Assembly: GCA_903885965.1 (NCBI GenBank)
Contig: CAISKQ010000032.1
Span: forward strand, 1-59,938
Length of the DNA: 59,938 nucleotides
From: an uncultured bacterium
Lineage (GTDB): Bacteria > Patescibacteriota > Minisyncoccia > Moranbacterales > GWC2-37-73
Reading direction: 5' to 3'
Shown in pieces: positions 39,189-48,450 of the stretch. The position numbers and the translations under genes were made by a program. The stretch's first letter is position 1; each line of letters starts with the position of its first letter. Under the pieces are notes generated by a model. That model made no database searches, was not told where the DNA came from, and saw only the letters and a program-made list of their open reading frames with translations.

Positions 39189-40640
39189 TTATTCCTTTTC
39201 TTTCATCGGCGGGAAAATCACGCATTCGCGGATTGATTTATTCATCAGGAAAGAAAAGAAACGCTCACTGAGTCCAAAGCCAAAAGCTGGAGGCATGCCA
39301 TATTCCAGAGCTTGCACGAAATCTTCGTCAATCATTTGCGCTTCCGCATCACCTGCTTCTCGTAGGGCCATTTGATCCTCAAAGCGCGCCCTTTGGTCAA
39401 TCGGGTCATTTAGCTCAGCAAAAGCATTGCAAAGCTCGGCTGTACCAGCTACGATTTGAAAACGCAAAACCTTATTTGGATTAGCTGGATCCTTTTTAGC
39501 CAATGGCGAAACTTCAATTGGATGTCCAATCAAAAAGCATGGCTGAATCATTTTGAGACGCACAGTTTTCTTGTAGACCGTATCAATCATTCTACCTTTG
39601 CCATATGATTTTTCATATTTAATTCCAAGCTCGTCGGCCTTTTTCATTAAATCTGCAACTGAAACTTCATCAGAAAGATTGATGCCAGTTTCTTTTTTGA
39701 AGGCATCAAAATAATCAACCACCGGAAATTGATTTTCCCAGTCGATTGTGGATTCTTCATATTGAGTAACCAATCCTCCTGTAACGTTTTTCACAACTTC
39801 CCTTGCCATTTTTTCAGAAAATTCCATGCCCTTTTTCAAATCCCAATAAGCTGCATAAAATTCCATGTGATCAAATTCTTGCAGATGATGTCGGTCGATT
39901 CCTTCATTGCGAAAAACTCTACCGATTTCAAAAACTTTTTCATAGCCGCCAACCAAAAGACGCTTGAGTGAAAGCTCCAGCGAAATTCGCATAAAGAAAT
40001 CCTGGTCAAGCGCATTGTGATGGGTAATGAAGGGCTCCGCATCCGCACCACCTGGCGTATGTTCAAAAACTGGATTTTGAACTTCTAAAAATCCATCGCT
40101 TGCTAAAAAGTTCCGAATGGTCTGCCAAAAAACATTTTTCTTGCGAAAAAGTTCTCTTGTGTCAGGATTTATCATTAAATCCAAATAGCGCTGACGCAAG
40201 AGCTGCTCCTCATCCTTAATCCCAAAATGTTCAGTTGGAATTGGACGAATATTTTTGCTTAGCATTTTCCAATCAGTAACTTTCAGTGATTTTTCTTCCG
40301 TCTTGGTCAAAAACAATTGACCCGTCACTTGCACAAAATCTCCTAAATCAGCGTTCTTAGTGAAAAGTCTAAACAATTCCTCATTCATGTTTCCCTTATT
40401 CAAAAAAAGCTGCATTTTCCCTGACTCATCTTCAATATTTGCAAATGCACTTCCTCCCATCGGCCGCAGTGACCTGACCCGACCAACCAAGGTTATTTTT
40501 TCTTCTCCGATTTCTTCAAACTTTTCCAAAGCCTGAGCATTGCTAAAATCCCGCTCAGCTTTTTCAGGATAAGCCTCCATACCAAATTCTTTGATGTTTT
40601 CCAGTTTATCAAGTTTTACTTGTAATATATCTTCTCTCAT
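39189..40640 (-). CDS. lysS: Lysine--tRNA ligase, class II
   Basis: 483 aa with an OB-fold N-terminus, FRNEGIDRHHLQEFDHMEFY and class II motifs. Confidence 0.95.
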   Translation of the reverse strand: MREDILQVKLDKLENIKEFGMEAYPEKAERDFSNAQALEKFEEIGEEKITLVGRVRSLRPMGGSAFANIEDESGKMQLFLNKGNMNEELFRLFTKNADLGDFVQVTGQLFLTKTEEKSLKVTDWKMLSKNIRPIPTEHFGIKDEEQLLRQRYLDLMINPDTRELFRKKNVFWQTIRNFLASDGFLEVQNPVFEHTPGGADAEPFITHHNALDQDFFMRISLELSLKRLLVGGYEKVFEIGRVFRNEGIDRHHLQEFDHMEFYAAYWDLKKGMEFSEKMAREVVKNVTGGLVTQYEESTIDWENQFPVVDYFDAFKKETGINLSDEVSVADLMKKADELGIKYEKSYGKGRMIDTVYKKTVRLKMIQPCFLIGHPIEVSPLAKKDPANPNKVLRFQIVAGTAELCNAFAELNDPIDQRARFEDQMALREAGDAEAQMIDEDFVQALEYGMPPAFGFGLSERFFSFLMNKSIRECVIFPPMKEKE

Positions 40641-40702
40641 ATGAATAGCTTTTAGCTCTAATTACATACGTAACAAGGCAAAGTTTTTAGCTTAAAATTA
40701 AA

Positions 40703-40866
40703 GTATCAAGAATGATTTTTCTAAGAATTACTGTTTGAGAAAATATTTATTGTCTAAAATTTTCCATTGTCCTTGTCGAGTGAGGCCTGCCTGTCGGCAG
40801 ACAGGAAAAATTTTAGTTACAATAAAGGTTTTCGAGTTTAATTCGCAGAAAAATCATTCTTGATAC
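40703..40866. repeat. 164-bp imperfect palindromic (MITE-like or structured-RNA) element
   Basis: Perfect 20-bp outer arms GTATCAAGAATGATTTTTCT / AGAAAAATCATTCTTGATAC. The inner arms are partly complementary (CTAAAATTTTCC / GGAAAAATTTTAG). The central GC hairpin is CCTGTC-GGCA-GACAGG. Confidence 0.6.
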
Positions 40867-40914
40867 GTCTTAAATACTTTGTTATTGTAAATCTTTTTCG
40901 CGATTTTTGCAAAC

Positions 40915-40941
40915 AAAAAATCCGCCAACAAGGCGGATTTT
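40915..40941 (-). terminator. Intrinsic terminator downstream of greA
   Basis: The minus strand reads AAAATCCGCC-TTGTT-GGCGGATTTTTTGTTT. Confidence 0.7.
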
Positions 40942-40965
40942 AGAAGTTTAAAGACAAAATATCAT

Positions 40966-41424
40966 TTATTTTACATCCAAAATTTGATATGCGATAGTAA
41001 TTCCTCTCGGTGTAAGGACATTTACGTCGTCTCCACCATTGTGTCCCATGAAAGCCTTTCCGAGTGGTGACTCATTTGAAATTTTAAAATTTGCAGGATC
41101 TGCCTCATTTGATCCAACAATTGTGAATTCCATTTCACTTCCATTTGATTTCACTTTCACAATTGAACCAATTTGAGCACCTTTAACTGTCTCATCTTTC
41201 TCAACCACTTGAGAATTTTTGACAATCATTTCCAATTCTCCAATTCTAGATTCATTTTCATTTTGTTGGGTTTTTGCTTCTGCATATTCAGCATTCTCAC
41301 TCAAATCTCCTTGCTCTTTCGCTTCTTTGATGGCTTGAGCAATTTCTTGTCTCAATCGTGTTTTTCTATCCTCCAATTCCTCATTAAGCTTTCTTAGTCC
41401 ATCTTTAGTAATAAATCGTACCAT
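40966..41424 (-). CDS. greA: Transcription elongation factor GreA
   Basis: 152 aa with a GreA-type N-terminal coiled coil (DLSENAEY) and a C-terminal globular domain. Confidence 0.93.
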   Translation of the reverse strand: MVRFITKDGLRKLNEELEDRKTRLRQEIAQAIKEAKEQGDLSENAEYAEAKTQQNENESRIGELEMIVKNSQVVEKDETVKGAQIGSIVKVKSNGSEMEFTIVGSNEADPANFKISNESPLGKAFMGHNGGDDVNVLTPRGITIAYQILDVK

Positions 41425-41593
41425 AATCTTTAGTCAACAATTTTAGTAATTAAGAAATATCGCCACGTAGGCGATATTTATAAATGCTTTTTAACACCCC
41501 AGAAATAATACACAAAATCTTCAGTGATGTCAATCGCTCGAAAACAGTCCATTTCTACTAATTAATTTTGCTTGAATACTACAACACTAAACG

Positions 41594-42724
41594 CTAAAAA
41601 ATTCCCTTAATCTTACCAATGATATCCATTCTGGCAAGATCAAAATATGTAACTATGACCATCAAAGTAATGAGCACAAGAAATCCGGCGGTATGAAAAA
41701 ATTGCTCAACCTTTTGACTAACTGGACTACCCTTGATTTTTTCTATCAATATAAAAAGGATGCGACCGCCGTCCAAGGCTGGGAAAGGAAGAATGTTCAC
41801 TATTCCAAGATTAACACTCAAAATAGCCATAAAACGAAGCAGGAAGGAAAAACCGAGAGGAATTATTTGTCCCGTATATGATGCGATTCCAACAACGCCA
41901 GTCATTGTAAGTCCAGCCCTATTGCCAACAAAAAGTTTCTTAATAACCTCCAACATCATCAACATCACCATTCCAATTTCAACCAATCCCTTCCATAAAG
42001 ATTCGAAAAAAGAAAATTTTGCAGTAACAACTTCAGCCAGGCCTGAAATTCCCAATGCTCCTTGCCCAGCTTCCGTTTGCTCGCGAGGTGTTCCTTTCAG
42101 CTGAAGCTTCCGTTTCCCTCTTTGGATATATAGCGGTATTTCCTTACCCGCGTTTGCCTTAATATATGATTGAACATCTTCCACGGTTGCAAACGCTCCA
42201 CTACCCCCAGAAATCAACACATCTCCAATTTGTAAACCCATTTTCTGAGCTGGAGATTTGTCCTCAACTGCTTGAATAAGCACTTTAGATCCAGCCACGT
42301 GATCACCTGTCACATCTTGATACGTTCCAATTATAAAGGTTGCCGAAAGCAATACCCAGGCAAACAAAAAGTTCATCACCACGCCAGCAGCTAAAACTGC
42401 AATTCTTGCCCAAGCCGGTTTTGATGAGAAACTGTCAGTGTCTTTTTTTTCGCCGCCATCCTCGCCTTTGATTTTCACGAAACCCCCGATTGGAAACCAA
42501 TTTAAAGAATATACAGTATTTTCCGAAACAATCGACTTGCCACCTGAAACAAATTTCCATTTACCACTTTTGTCGTCCTTAAAAACACCAAGTGCTCTTG
42601 GCGGGAAACCAAGTCCAAATTCCTCAGCCTTGATTCCATTCATCCTTGCCACCACAAAGTGCCCCAATTCATGAACAAAGACAAGAACTCCAAGAATTAT
42701 AATAAAGACTACGACTGTAAACAT
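41594..42724 (-). CDS. rseP: Site-2 zinc metalloprotease (M50, RseP family)
   Basis: 376 aa with HELGHF in TM1, a central PDZ-like region and a C-terminal LPFPALDGG. Confidence 0.88.
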   Translation of the reverse strand: MFTVVVFIIILGVLVFVHELGHFVVARMNGIKAEEFGLGFPPRALGVFKDDKSGKWKFVSGGKSIVSENTVYSLNWFPIGGFVKIKGEDGGEKKDTDSFSSKPAWARIAVLAAGVVMNFLFAWVLLSATFIIGTYQDVTGDHVAGSKVLIQAVEDKSPAQKMGLQIGDVLISGGSGAFATVEDVQSYIKANAGKEIPLYIQRGKRKLQLKGTPREQTEAGQGALGISGLAEVVTAKFSFFESLWKGLVEIGMVMLMMLEVIKKLFVGNRAGLTMTGVVGIASYTGQIIPLGFSFLLRFMAILSVNLGIVNILPFPALDGGRILFILIEKIKGSPVSQKVEQFFHTAGFLVLITLMVIVTYFDLARMDIIGKIKGIF

Positions 42725-42801
42725 ATTTTATGTAAAATAAAAATCACACCCATGTTACATGGTTTTATAATTTTTAATTTTTAATTTTTAATTTTTAGCT
42801 T

Positions 42802-43368
42802 CTAGATTGTCATTATTTCCTTTTCCTTAACAACACGAATCTCTTCTATTTTCCTGTTGTATTCATCAACTGTTTCTTGCAATTTTTCCTTTCCTTTGAA
42901 TTTGTCATCTTCGCTCATTCCACCTTCGGTTTCAATTTTTTGCAGTTCTTTCCAAGCATCTTCTCGAATTGAGCGCAGGGTTATGCGTGCCTCCTCAGCT
43001 TTCTGATTTAACACTTTAACCATTTCTTTGCGACGCTCTTCTGTCAACATTGGAATGTTAATCCGAACAAGAACCCCATCATTCATTGGATTCAAACTTG
43101 AGTCTGCCTCTCTGATCGCCCCTTCAATTGCAACAATCGCCCCCCTGTCCCATGGCTGAATCACAATGCTTCGAGGTTCTGGTGTTGAAATGCTGGCAAT
43201 CTGCTTAAGTGGGGTTTTTGCCCCATAATAATTGACTAAGATATCTTCAACCAATGATGGAGTTGCTCTGCCGGTTCTGACTTTGCTAGCTTCACTTTTC
43301 AAATGCTCAATCGCTTTTTCAAATTCAATGTTCTTTTGCTTGATAATTTCACTGTACATATTTTTCAA
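42802..43368 (-). CDS. frr: Ribosome recycling factor
   Basis: 188 aa with a typical RRF sequence (RTGRATPSLVEDI..., ITLRSIRED). Confidence 0.95.
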   Translation of the reverse strand: MKNMYSEIIKQKNIEFEKAIEHLKSEASKVRTGRATPSLVEDILVNYYGAKTPLKQIASISTPEPRSIVIQPWDRGAIVAIEGAIREADSSLNPMNDGVLVRINIPMLTEERRKEMVKVLNQKAEEARITLRSIREDAWKELQKIETEGGMSEDDKFKGKEKLQETVDEYNRKIEEIRVVKEKEIMTI

Positions 43369-43522
43369 TAAATTGGTTAATTATTTTTAAAAAAATTTTT
43401 CATACGCACTGAGTCAAATACTTGATGGCCTCTCGCATCTTAAGTGAAAGATAAGACCGCAACACAAACGACTACAAATACGCGTAACTATGCATACCAT
43501 ATAAATATACCATCAATCAAAC

Positions 43523-44578
43523 TTAATATTTCCGCAAACCTGCATAAATTTTCAACGAGTTTGATTTGTCATATTTTAGCACACTTATTTCTTTAGCGGA
43601 ATCGAGTTGAAATGTTGCCCAGGATGCACCACCATCTACTGATTTATAGATAGCATGCGAGGAAGAATACATAATCTCTTTCGGATTCATAGGACTAACA
43701 GCAAATGCGCGAATTGGAAATGCCTTTGAACTCTCAATAATATTAACAGCTTCCCAAGTATCACTGCTGCCGGTCTTTTTGAAAATTCCACTTCCTGTTC
43801 CGACATAAAACACTCCACCAACGCTTGGGTCGGCAGCCACAGCAAAAACGCTTGAGACATGCTGAGTTGCATCTATTTTTTGAGCAATATCTTCGATAGT
43901 TTTACCACCATCTTTCGTCTCAAGCAGTCCAATCTGGAAAACTGCGAAAAATAAATGCTGGTCATCCGAACTGTCAAAGACAATTCCCGTGACTGGACCA
44001 GTGGCTTTCTTGATGTTTGCCCAAGTGAGTCCTCCATCAGTAGTCTTCACAATCACACCATTGATAGTTCCGGCAAAAAGAACTCGTGAATTGACCTTAT
44101 TGATTGCAAGCGAGGTAATCACGGTCCCATCTGCCGGTTCAGTATAGACTTCTTTCCACTGTTCATTTGCGCTTAATCGCTTGAAAATTTTTGCTCTTCC
44201 ATTCAAGACACCGCTTGCGTACATGATGTCATGATTTTGCGGATCAAAAACAATATTATATATTTTGTCAGCAAGAGGAATTTGCGCCCATGTTTCTGCG
44301 CCGTCTTTTGAAACAAAAATCCCGTTTGCCATTGTGCCAATGTATACAATGTTAGAATCAACAGGATCTATTGCCATTGAGAGAACATCAACTCCGGCGA
44401 TTGTTTTTTTGTCATCAATTTTGATTTTAGGCTGCCAAGCAACCCCGCCGTCAACAGATTTAATCATCGTAGCATTCGCCAGCGGACCAGCAGGCGTGCT
44501 TGTGGTGCCTGACAAGCTGCAACCAGAAAAAATAAACGATGCTGAGATTAGGACTAATATTGAGAATGTTTTTTTCAT
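43523..44578 (-). CDS. Lipoprotein with BNR/Asp-box repeats (Ycf48/sialidase-like beta-propeller)
   Basis: Lipobox LISASFIFSGC. The SxDxGxTW-type boxes repeat: SVDGGVAW, SKDGAETW, TTDGGLTW, SVDGGASW. Confidence 0.7.
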   Translation of the reverse strand: MKKTFSILVLISASFIFSGCSLSGTTSTPAGPLANATMIKSVDGGVAWQPKIKIDDKKTIAGVDVLSMAIDPVDSNIVYIGTMANGIFVSKDGAETWAQIPLADKIYNIVFDPQNHDIMYASGVLNGRAKIFKRLSANEQWKEVYTEPADGTVITSLAINKVNSRVLFAGTINGVIVKTTDGGLTWANIKKATGPVTGIVFDSSDDQHLFFAVFQIGLLETKDGGKTIEDIAQKIDATQHVSSVFAVAADPSVGGVFYVGTGSGIFKKTGSSDTWEAVNIIESSKAFPIRAFAVSPMNPKEIMYSSSHAIYKSVDGGASWATFQLDSAKEISVLKYDKSNSLKIYAGLRKY

Positions 44579-44650
44579 ATAAATCCAGTGTATCAAAGAA
44601 ATTAGAAAAAATCCAGAGGGAAAAAACCTTAAAAACTTCAACCAGACTTG

Positions 44651-45721
44651 TTATTGAAAAGCTTCGACAATATCTTGCTCTGTCAATTTTTTGCGCCTTA
44701 TCTGCAAGGGAATCTCCTGCTTGACTAGTTCATAATTTTCAAAAGCGCCAGATAAATGAATATGAGAACGCAAAATACTTAATTGCACAATCGCCCTGCC
44801 AAGATTCTCCTGTCCCTGAGAACGATATTTTTTGACAAGTTCTTCATCAAGAGCATTTCTAAATTTTTTATTGTTCCACGAACGAGCTCGTAAATTTCCA
44901 AAATCGCGAATCATAGCAATAGCCTTATTCTGAAATATCCCAACCCATTCAAAATCCAATAATTCAACTTCGCCAGAATCGAAAACATAAAGATTATTTG
45001 GGGACACATCGCCATGAACTATCGAGGTAGCGTGATTTGACTTAGTATCAATAAGCGGCTCCAGGTGTGTTAAAATTTCCTTGGCCTTATTTTTCACATC
45101 AATTATAGGGAGTCTTCTTTCTAAAACCTTATGAAAAATTTCTACTTCACCTTTTCCATCTAACGTTCGAACTTTTCTATTAAGATAACGAAAAACTTGG
45201 CGCCTGAATCCTTTGTAATCTCCGGGATAAACTTTCAAAATCTTTCTTAGGCTTGGCGACAAAGATTCAATTGAAATGGAGTGAAATTTGAAAAGTTGAT
45301 CAACAACCTGTTTTGCCTCTCGACTACCAAGAAGCTGCGCCTCTTTGTTCCCTTCAATAAATCCGATTTTTGAATGATCAATAGGAAAAGTTTCCATAAT
45401 AGCAAACGGAACACCTTTTTTTGGATCATAATTTGCCACCACAACTTCTCTTGTGCGAATAACCTTGTTTGCTTTGAGATAATTTGCGATTTCAATTTGA
45501 CGCTGAAATGGCAAAAGAATTTTCTTGGTATTATTTTTAGGTATTTTAACGAATCGCTCAATGATTTTTCCTTTTTCCAATCTTTTTGCAACCATAAAAA
45601 AATACCTGCGTCCATTTGTGGTGCCTTTCTGAATAATTTTTCTTTCTCTGTTTTCAATAATAAATTCTTGCTCGTTAAGAACTTTGAAAACTCTATTTTG
45701 ATATTTTGTTAATTGATCCAT
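44651..45721 (-). CDS. Aminoglycoside/choline-kinase-like phosphotransferase
   Basis: 356 aa with HGDVSPNNLYV and LLDFEW (catalytic and DFG-like motifs). Confidence 0.7.
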   Translation of the reverse strand: MDQLTKYQNRVFKVLNEQEFIIENRERKIIQKGTTNGRRYFFMVAKRLEKGKIIERFVKIPKNNTKKILLPFQRQIEIANYLKANKVIRTREVVVANYDPKKGVPFAIMETFPIDHSKIGFIEGNKEAQLLGSREAKQVVDQLFKFHSISIESLSPSLRKILKVYPGDYKGFRRQVFRYLNRKVRTLDGKGEVEIFHKVLERRLPIIDVKNKAKEILTHLEPLIDTKSNHATSIVHGDVSPNNLYVFDSGEVELLDFEWVGIFQNKAIAMIRDFGNLRARSWNNKKFRNALDEELVKKYRSQGQENLGRAIVQLSILRSHIHLSGAFENYELVKQEIPLQIRRKKLTEQDIVEAFQ

Positions 45722-45808
45722 GTGACTATTTTAGTATATTTTTACATTTTTAATTTCCCACCAAAAAAGTACGGTCGAGGACAGTTCTTAACTAATCCCT
45801 GAAGAAAT

Positions 45809-46636
45809 TCATTTCCCGTGATGAAAATAAATTCTGCAATCAATTTTATTTTCACGGCAATATTCCTTTATTTCTTTTTCAACATCATTCCAATAATCAT
45901 TTTTGGTAAAATATATTTTTTCGTATTTTTCTAAGAGTTCGGGATGTTTTTGCTGAAGCCAACTCTTGATATTATTCCAGATGCTACCTTTAACGTTGAG
46001 ATTTTCCAGCATGTAAAAATCAGCATAGTCCTTGGTCTTGCGTATAATATCTCGCCAATCGGTTAAAAATGGAAAAATGGGACCAATAAAAACATAGGTT
46101 TTGATGCCCGCCTCGTGCATTTCTTTCAAGGCCTTTATCCTATCTGAAATTGAGGATGCGCAAGGTTCAACTTCTCTGCGAATATCATCATCGGTTGTTG
46201 TGATTGTAATTCCAGCTTCGCAATTCTTAAATTGCTTCAATAAATCAATGTCTCTTGCGATTAAACTAGATTTAGTCTGAATTCCAATTTTTGGCTCTAG
46301 CGGAATAAGTTTTTTTAGAACTTTTCTGGTTAATTCATATTTACGTTCAAACGAAAGATATGGGTCAGTGACAGAAGAGAGAAAAATCGATTTATTTTTG
46401 TATTTTGAAGTTTTTTCTGGAATTAAATTTGGAGCGTTTATTTTCACATCAACAAATTGTCCCCAGGGTTCAACGTGTCCAGTAAATCGCTTCATGAAAC
46501 TTGCATAGCAATAAATACAGGCATGCATACAACCGATATAGGGATTAATAACGTAATCCGCGTCTGGAAGATTAGATTTTGTGATTATTGAACTAGCTGT
46601 AACTTCCTTTAATATCATAGCCTTATTACAATCCAT
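45809..46636 (-). CDS. Radical SAM protein (SplB / DNA-photolyase-like family)
   Basis: 275 aa with the CMHACIYC (Cx3Cx2C) cluster near the N-terminus. Confidence 0.8.
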   Translation of the reverse strand: MDCNKAMILKEVTASSIITKSNLPDADYVINPYIGCMHACIYCYASFMKRFTGHVEPWGQFVDVKINAPNLIPEKTSKYKNKSIFLSSVTDPYLSFERKYELTRKVLKKLIPLEPKIGIQTKSSLIARDIDLLKQFKNCEAGITITTTDDDIRREVEPCASSISDRIKALKEMHEAGIKTYVFIGPIFPFLTDWRDIIRKTKDYADFYMLENLNVKGSIWNNIKSWLQQKHPELLEKYEKIYFTKNDYWNDVEKEIKEYCRENKIDCRIYFHHGK

Positions 46637-46652
46637 GCTTGTTTATGCCTTT

Positions 46653-46681
46653 ATGATATCACTAAGCAGTTAATTACTCAA
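46653..46681 (-). promoter_or_regulatory. Sigma-70-like promoter module (copy 1 of 4) driving the radical SAM gene
   Basis: The minus strand reads TTGAGT-17 nt-TGATATCAT (extended -10). The same module recurs at 49403-49445, 50616-50644 and 55222-55250. Confidence 0.5.
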
Positions 46682-46698
46682 TATCCTAGCGTCTGCCC

Positions 46699-46874
46699 GT
46701 TCGAATCCCTCTGCACCCACAAAAAAGAACACATGAGTGTTCTTTTTTTATCTGTGGGCATTTGGGGATAATTTTGGTAACCCTTTGGGGCGGACATGTG
46801 GGGAGATTTTGGAAAATTGGGAGGTTGTGGAGAATAAAGTGGCGAGGATGAGGGTTTTGATGCAATAAAAAAAG
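46699..46874 (+). repeat. Direct repeat copy 1: tRNA-Lys 3' end-like core, terminator hairpin and G-rich ~130 nt
   Basis: Roughly 93-95% identical by eye to 50770-50950. Confidence 0.8.
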
Positions 46875-46929
46875 ACAGTAGATAGGTTAAGAACCTCGCT
46901 ACTGTCTATATAAAACTTTTTACCATCTT

Positions 46930-47319
46930 TCACTGGGCAGTGAAAAAACTCGCACCACCAACAATAAAAATACCCTCATTGGTACGAGCAGCCACAACCC
47001 CATCAAAAGCGGCAACAACACATCCACAAGCAGTAGTCCCATTCTTTAAAGAAATGGACACTTTTTGATCTTTAATGAATTTCTTTTTTCCGGACTCCTG
47101 AGGAATTGAAATTGAGGCTGGATAAACCACTATAATTTCCCCTACTTCAGCCTCAGTAAAAATTCCACTATGCTGAAAAGGTGCCAAGAGCGTACTCATC
47201 ACTTCAAGTTTTCCATCTTCCACATTAATCACCGCAGCTTGAACTTCCTGAAGCGGAACGGAGGGAGTTTTAAAAGCAATAAAATCTCCAGCACTTAAAG
47301 CCACATTTTTAAAAATCAT
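46930..47319 (-). CDS. Hypothetical protein
   Basis: 129-aa ORF followed by a minus-strand terminator (GACAGTAG...CTACTGTC plus a T run). Confidence 0.5.
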   Translation of the reverse strand: MIFKNVALSAGDFIAFKTPSVPLQEVQAAVINVEDGKLEVMSTLLAPFQHSGIFTEAEVGEIIVVYPASISIPQESGKKKFIKDQKVSISLKNGTTACGCVVAAFDGVVAARTNEGIFIVGGASFFTAQ

Positions 47320-47356
47320 TAGTACTCCTTACAGTTTTATTGTTGATTTTTGTTCA

Positions 47357-47737
47357 TTAGAAAGTTCTGACAGGGCGAACCCTGAGTTTTTCAGTTGGCC
47401 TTTGAGCAAAAGCACACATCATTGGTCCATCGCCAAAATTCAAATACCAATAAAGATTTTTTTCCTTGTTACTTTTTGTGGAACTCCAATAATCCCACCC
47501 TTCGAATCCACCGATAAGCTCCATTTCTGGATAAATCTTTTTGAGTCTCCGAATAGTTGGCACTTTCCAACCAGTGTATCCGTCGATTACTAAATCGCTA
47601 CAAGCTTTCCTAGCTTCAGCTAAATTGTAATGTTCTGGAAGATCCTCTTTTGCCACGATCAGACCATGTTTGCCAGTGGTATCAATATAAACAATTTTAC
47701 CACCACCATAATCATCACCAATTCTAAGTTTTTTCAT
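47357..47737 (-). CDS. DUF1566 (Lcl C-terminal domain-like) protein
   Basis: 126 aa with GGGKIVYIDTTGKHGLIVA and GYTGWKVPTIRRLKKI. Confidence 0.6.
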   Translation of the reverse strand: MKKLRIGDDYGGGKIVYIDTTGKHGLIVAKEDLPEHYNLAEARKACSDLVIDGYTGWKVPTIRRLKKIYPEMELIGGFEGWDYWSSTKSNKEKNLYWYLNFGDGPMMCAFAQRPTEKLRVRPVRTF

Positions 47738-47926
47738 TGTGTATCCCTATGAGGTTTAGAGTTGTTTTCCTTCTTTCTTACAAAAATGTCAAAGAATTTT
47801 ATTAGACAATTTACCTCGCCTAATAACACAGTAATTTAGCATATTTTTAGAAGTATGTCAATAGATGCACGAAAAAATGGCTATTTCTAGCCATTTTTAT
47901 GATAAAAAAGATTTTTTTTCTTGGTT

Positions 47927-48421
47927 TTAGTTGCTTGTCAGTGCTGTTTTTATTTTTTGGGCTGATTCTGAAAAGTTTTCACCGACGAGGATGTGCTGAA
48001 TTGGCAAATTGATTTTTTTGTATAATTCATCGACAAACTGATCACGATTTTTGCGTCTTGGGTCATTGTGGGACTTGCCATCAAGCTCGATGCCGAACAG
48101 TGGTTTTGTGGTAGTGCGATTGCAAATCAAAAAATCAATATGGCGAGATTTTATTCTGCCTCGCAAACTCCAGCGACTGTTTGGCATTGCGCCTTTGCTC
48201 ACATCAACAAAGTCTTCAATGCGAACCTTGGAAAGCACGACATATTCATTGCCCAAGGTTTGGGAAAGGTTTATGAAAAGGGCTTGCTCTGATTCGTTCA
48301 TCACTCGCTCTTTTTTCTGATACAGCGACAAATCTGCAGGCGTTTGTTCTTTCTTTTCAAGATAGGCTTTTGCAACAGCGATTATTGCAACAAACAATAA
48401 TACGACGATATTCCAAACCAT
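47927..48421 (-). CDS. DUF2726 (NERD/PD-(D/E)xK-like) protein with an N-terminal TM helix
   Basis: ESEQALFINL...IDFLICN...GIELDGKSH fits the DUF2726 pattern. I took the ATG at 48421 as the start. Confidence 0.65.
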   Translation of the reverse strand: MVWNIVVLLFVAIIAVAKAYLEKKEQTPADLSLYQKKERVMNESEQALFINLSQTLGNEYVVLSKVRIEDFVDVSKGAMPNSRWSLRGRIKSRHIDFLICNRTTTKPLFGIELDGKSHNDPRRKNRDQFVDELYKKINLPIQHILVGENFSESAQKIKTALTSN

Positions 48422-48450
48422 AGTTTTTTGCACTGCCACTTATTGTTTAC

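Noticed and set aside
42769-42796. A possible CRISPR or other array: AATTTTT repeated four times between frr and rseP.
   Set aside because: This is a 7-nt microsatellite without spacers. No CRISPR-like repeat-spacer periodicity or cas genes occur anywhere in the window.
46699-46719. The + strand GTTCGAATCCCTCTGYACCCA cores as genuine tRNA genes.
   Set aside because: There is no matching 5' acceptor strand, D arm or anticodon arm within 100 nt upstream. The five bases preceding TTCGAAT cannot pair with CCCTC to form a T stem.
46763-46825. G-quadruplex formation by the GGGG tracts in the conserved G-rich segment.
   Set aside because: The tracts are separated by loops of 9-20 nt, longer than canonical G4 loops. 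Direct-repeat protein sites or a C-rich antisense RNA explain the pattern at least as well.
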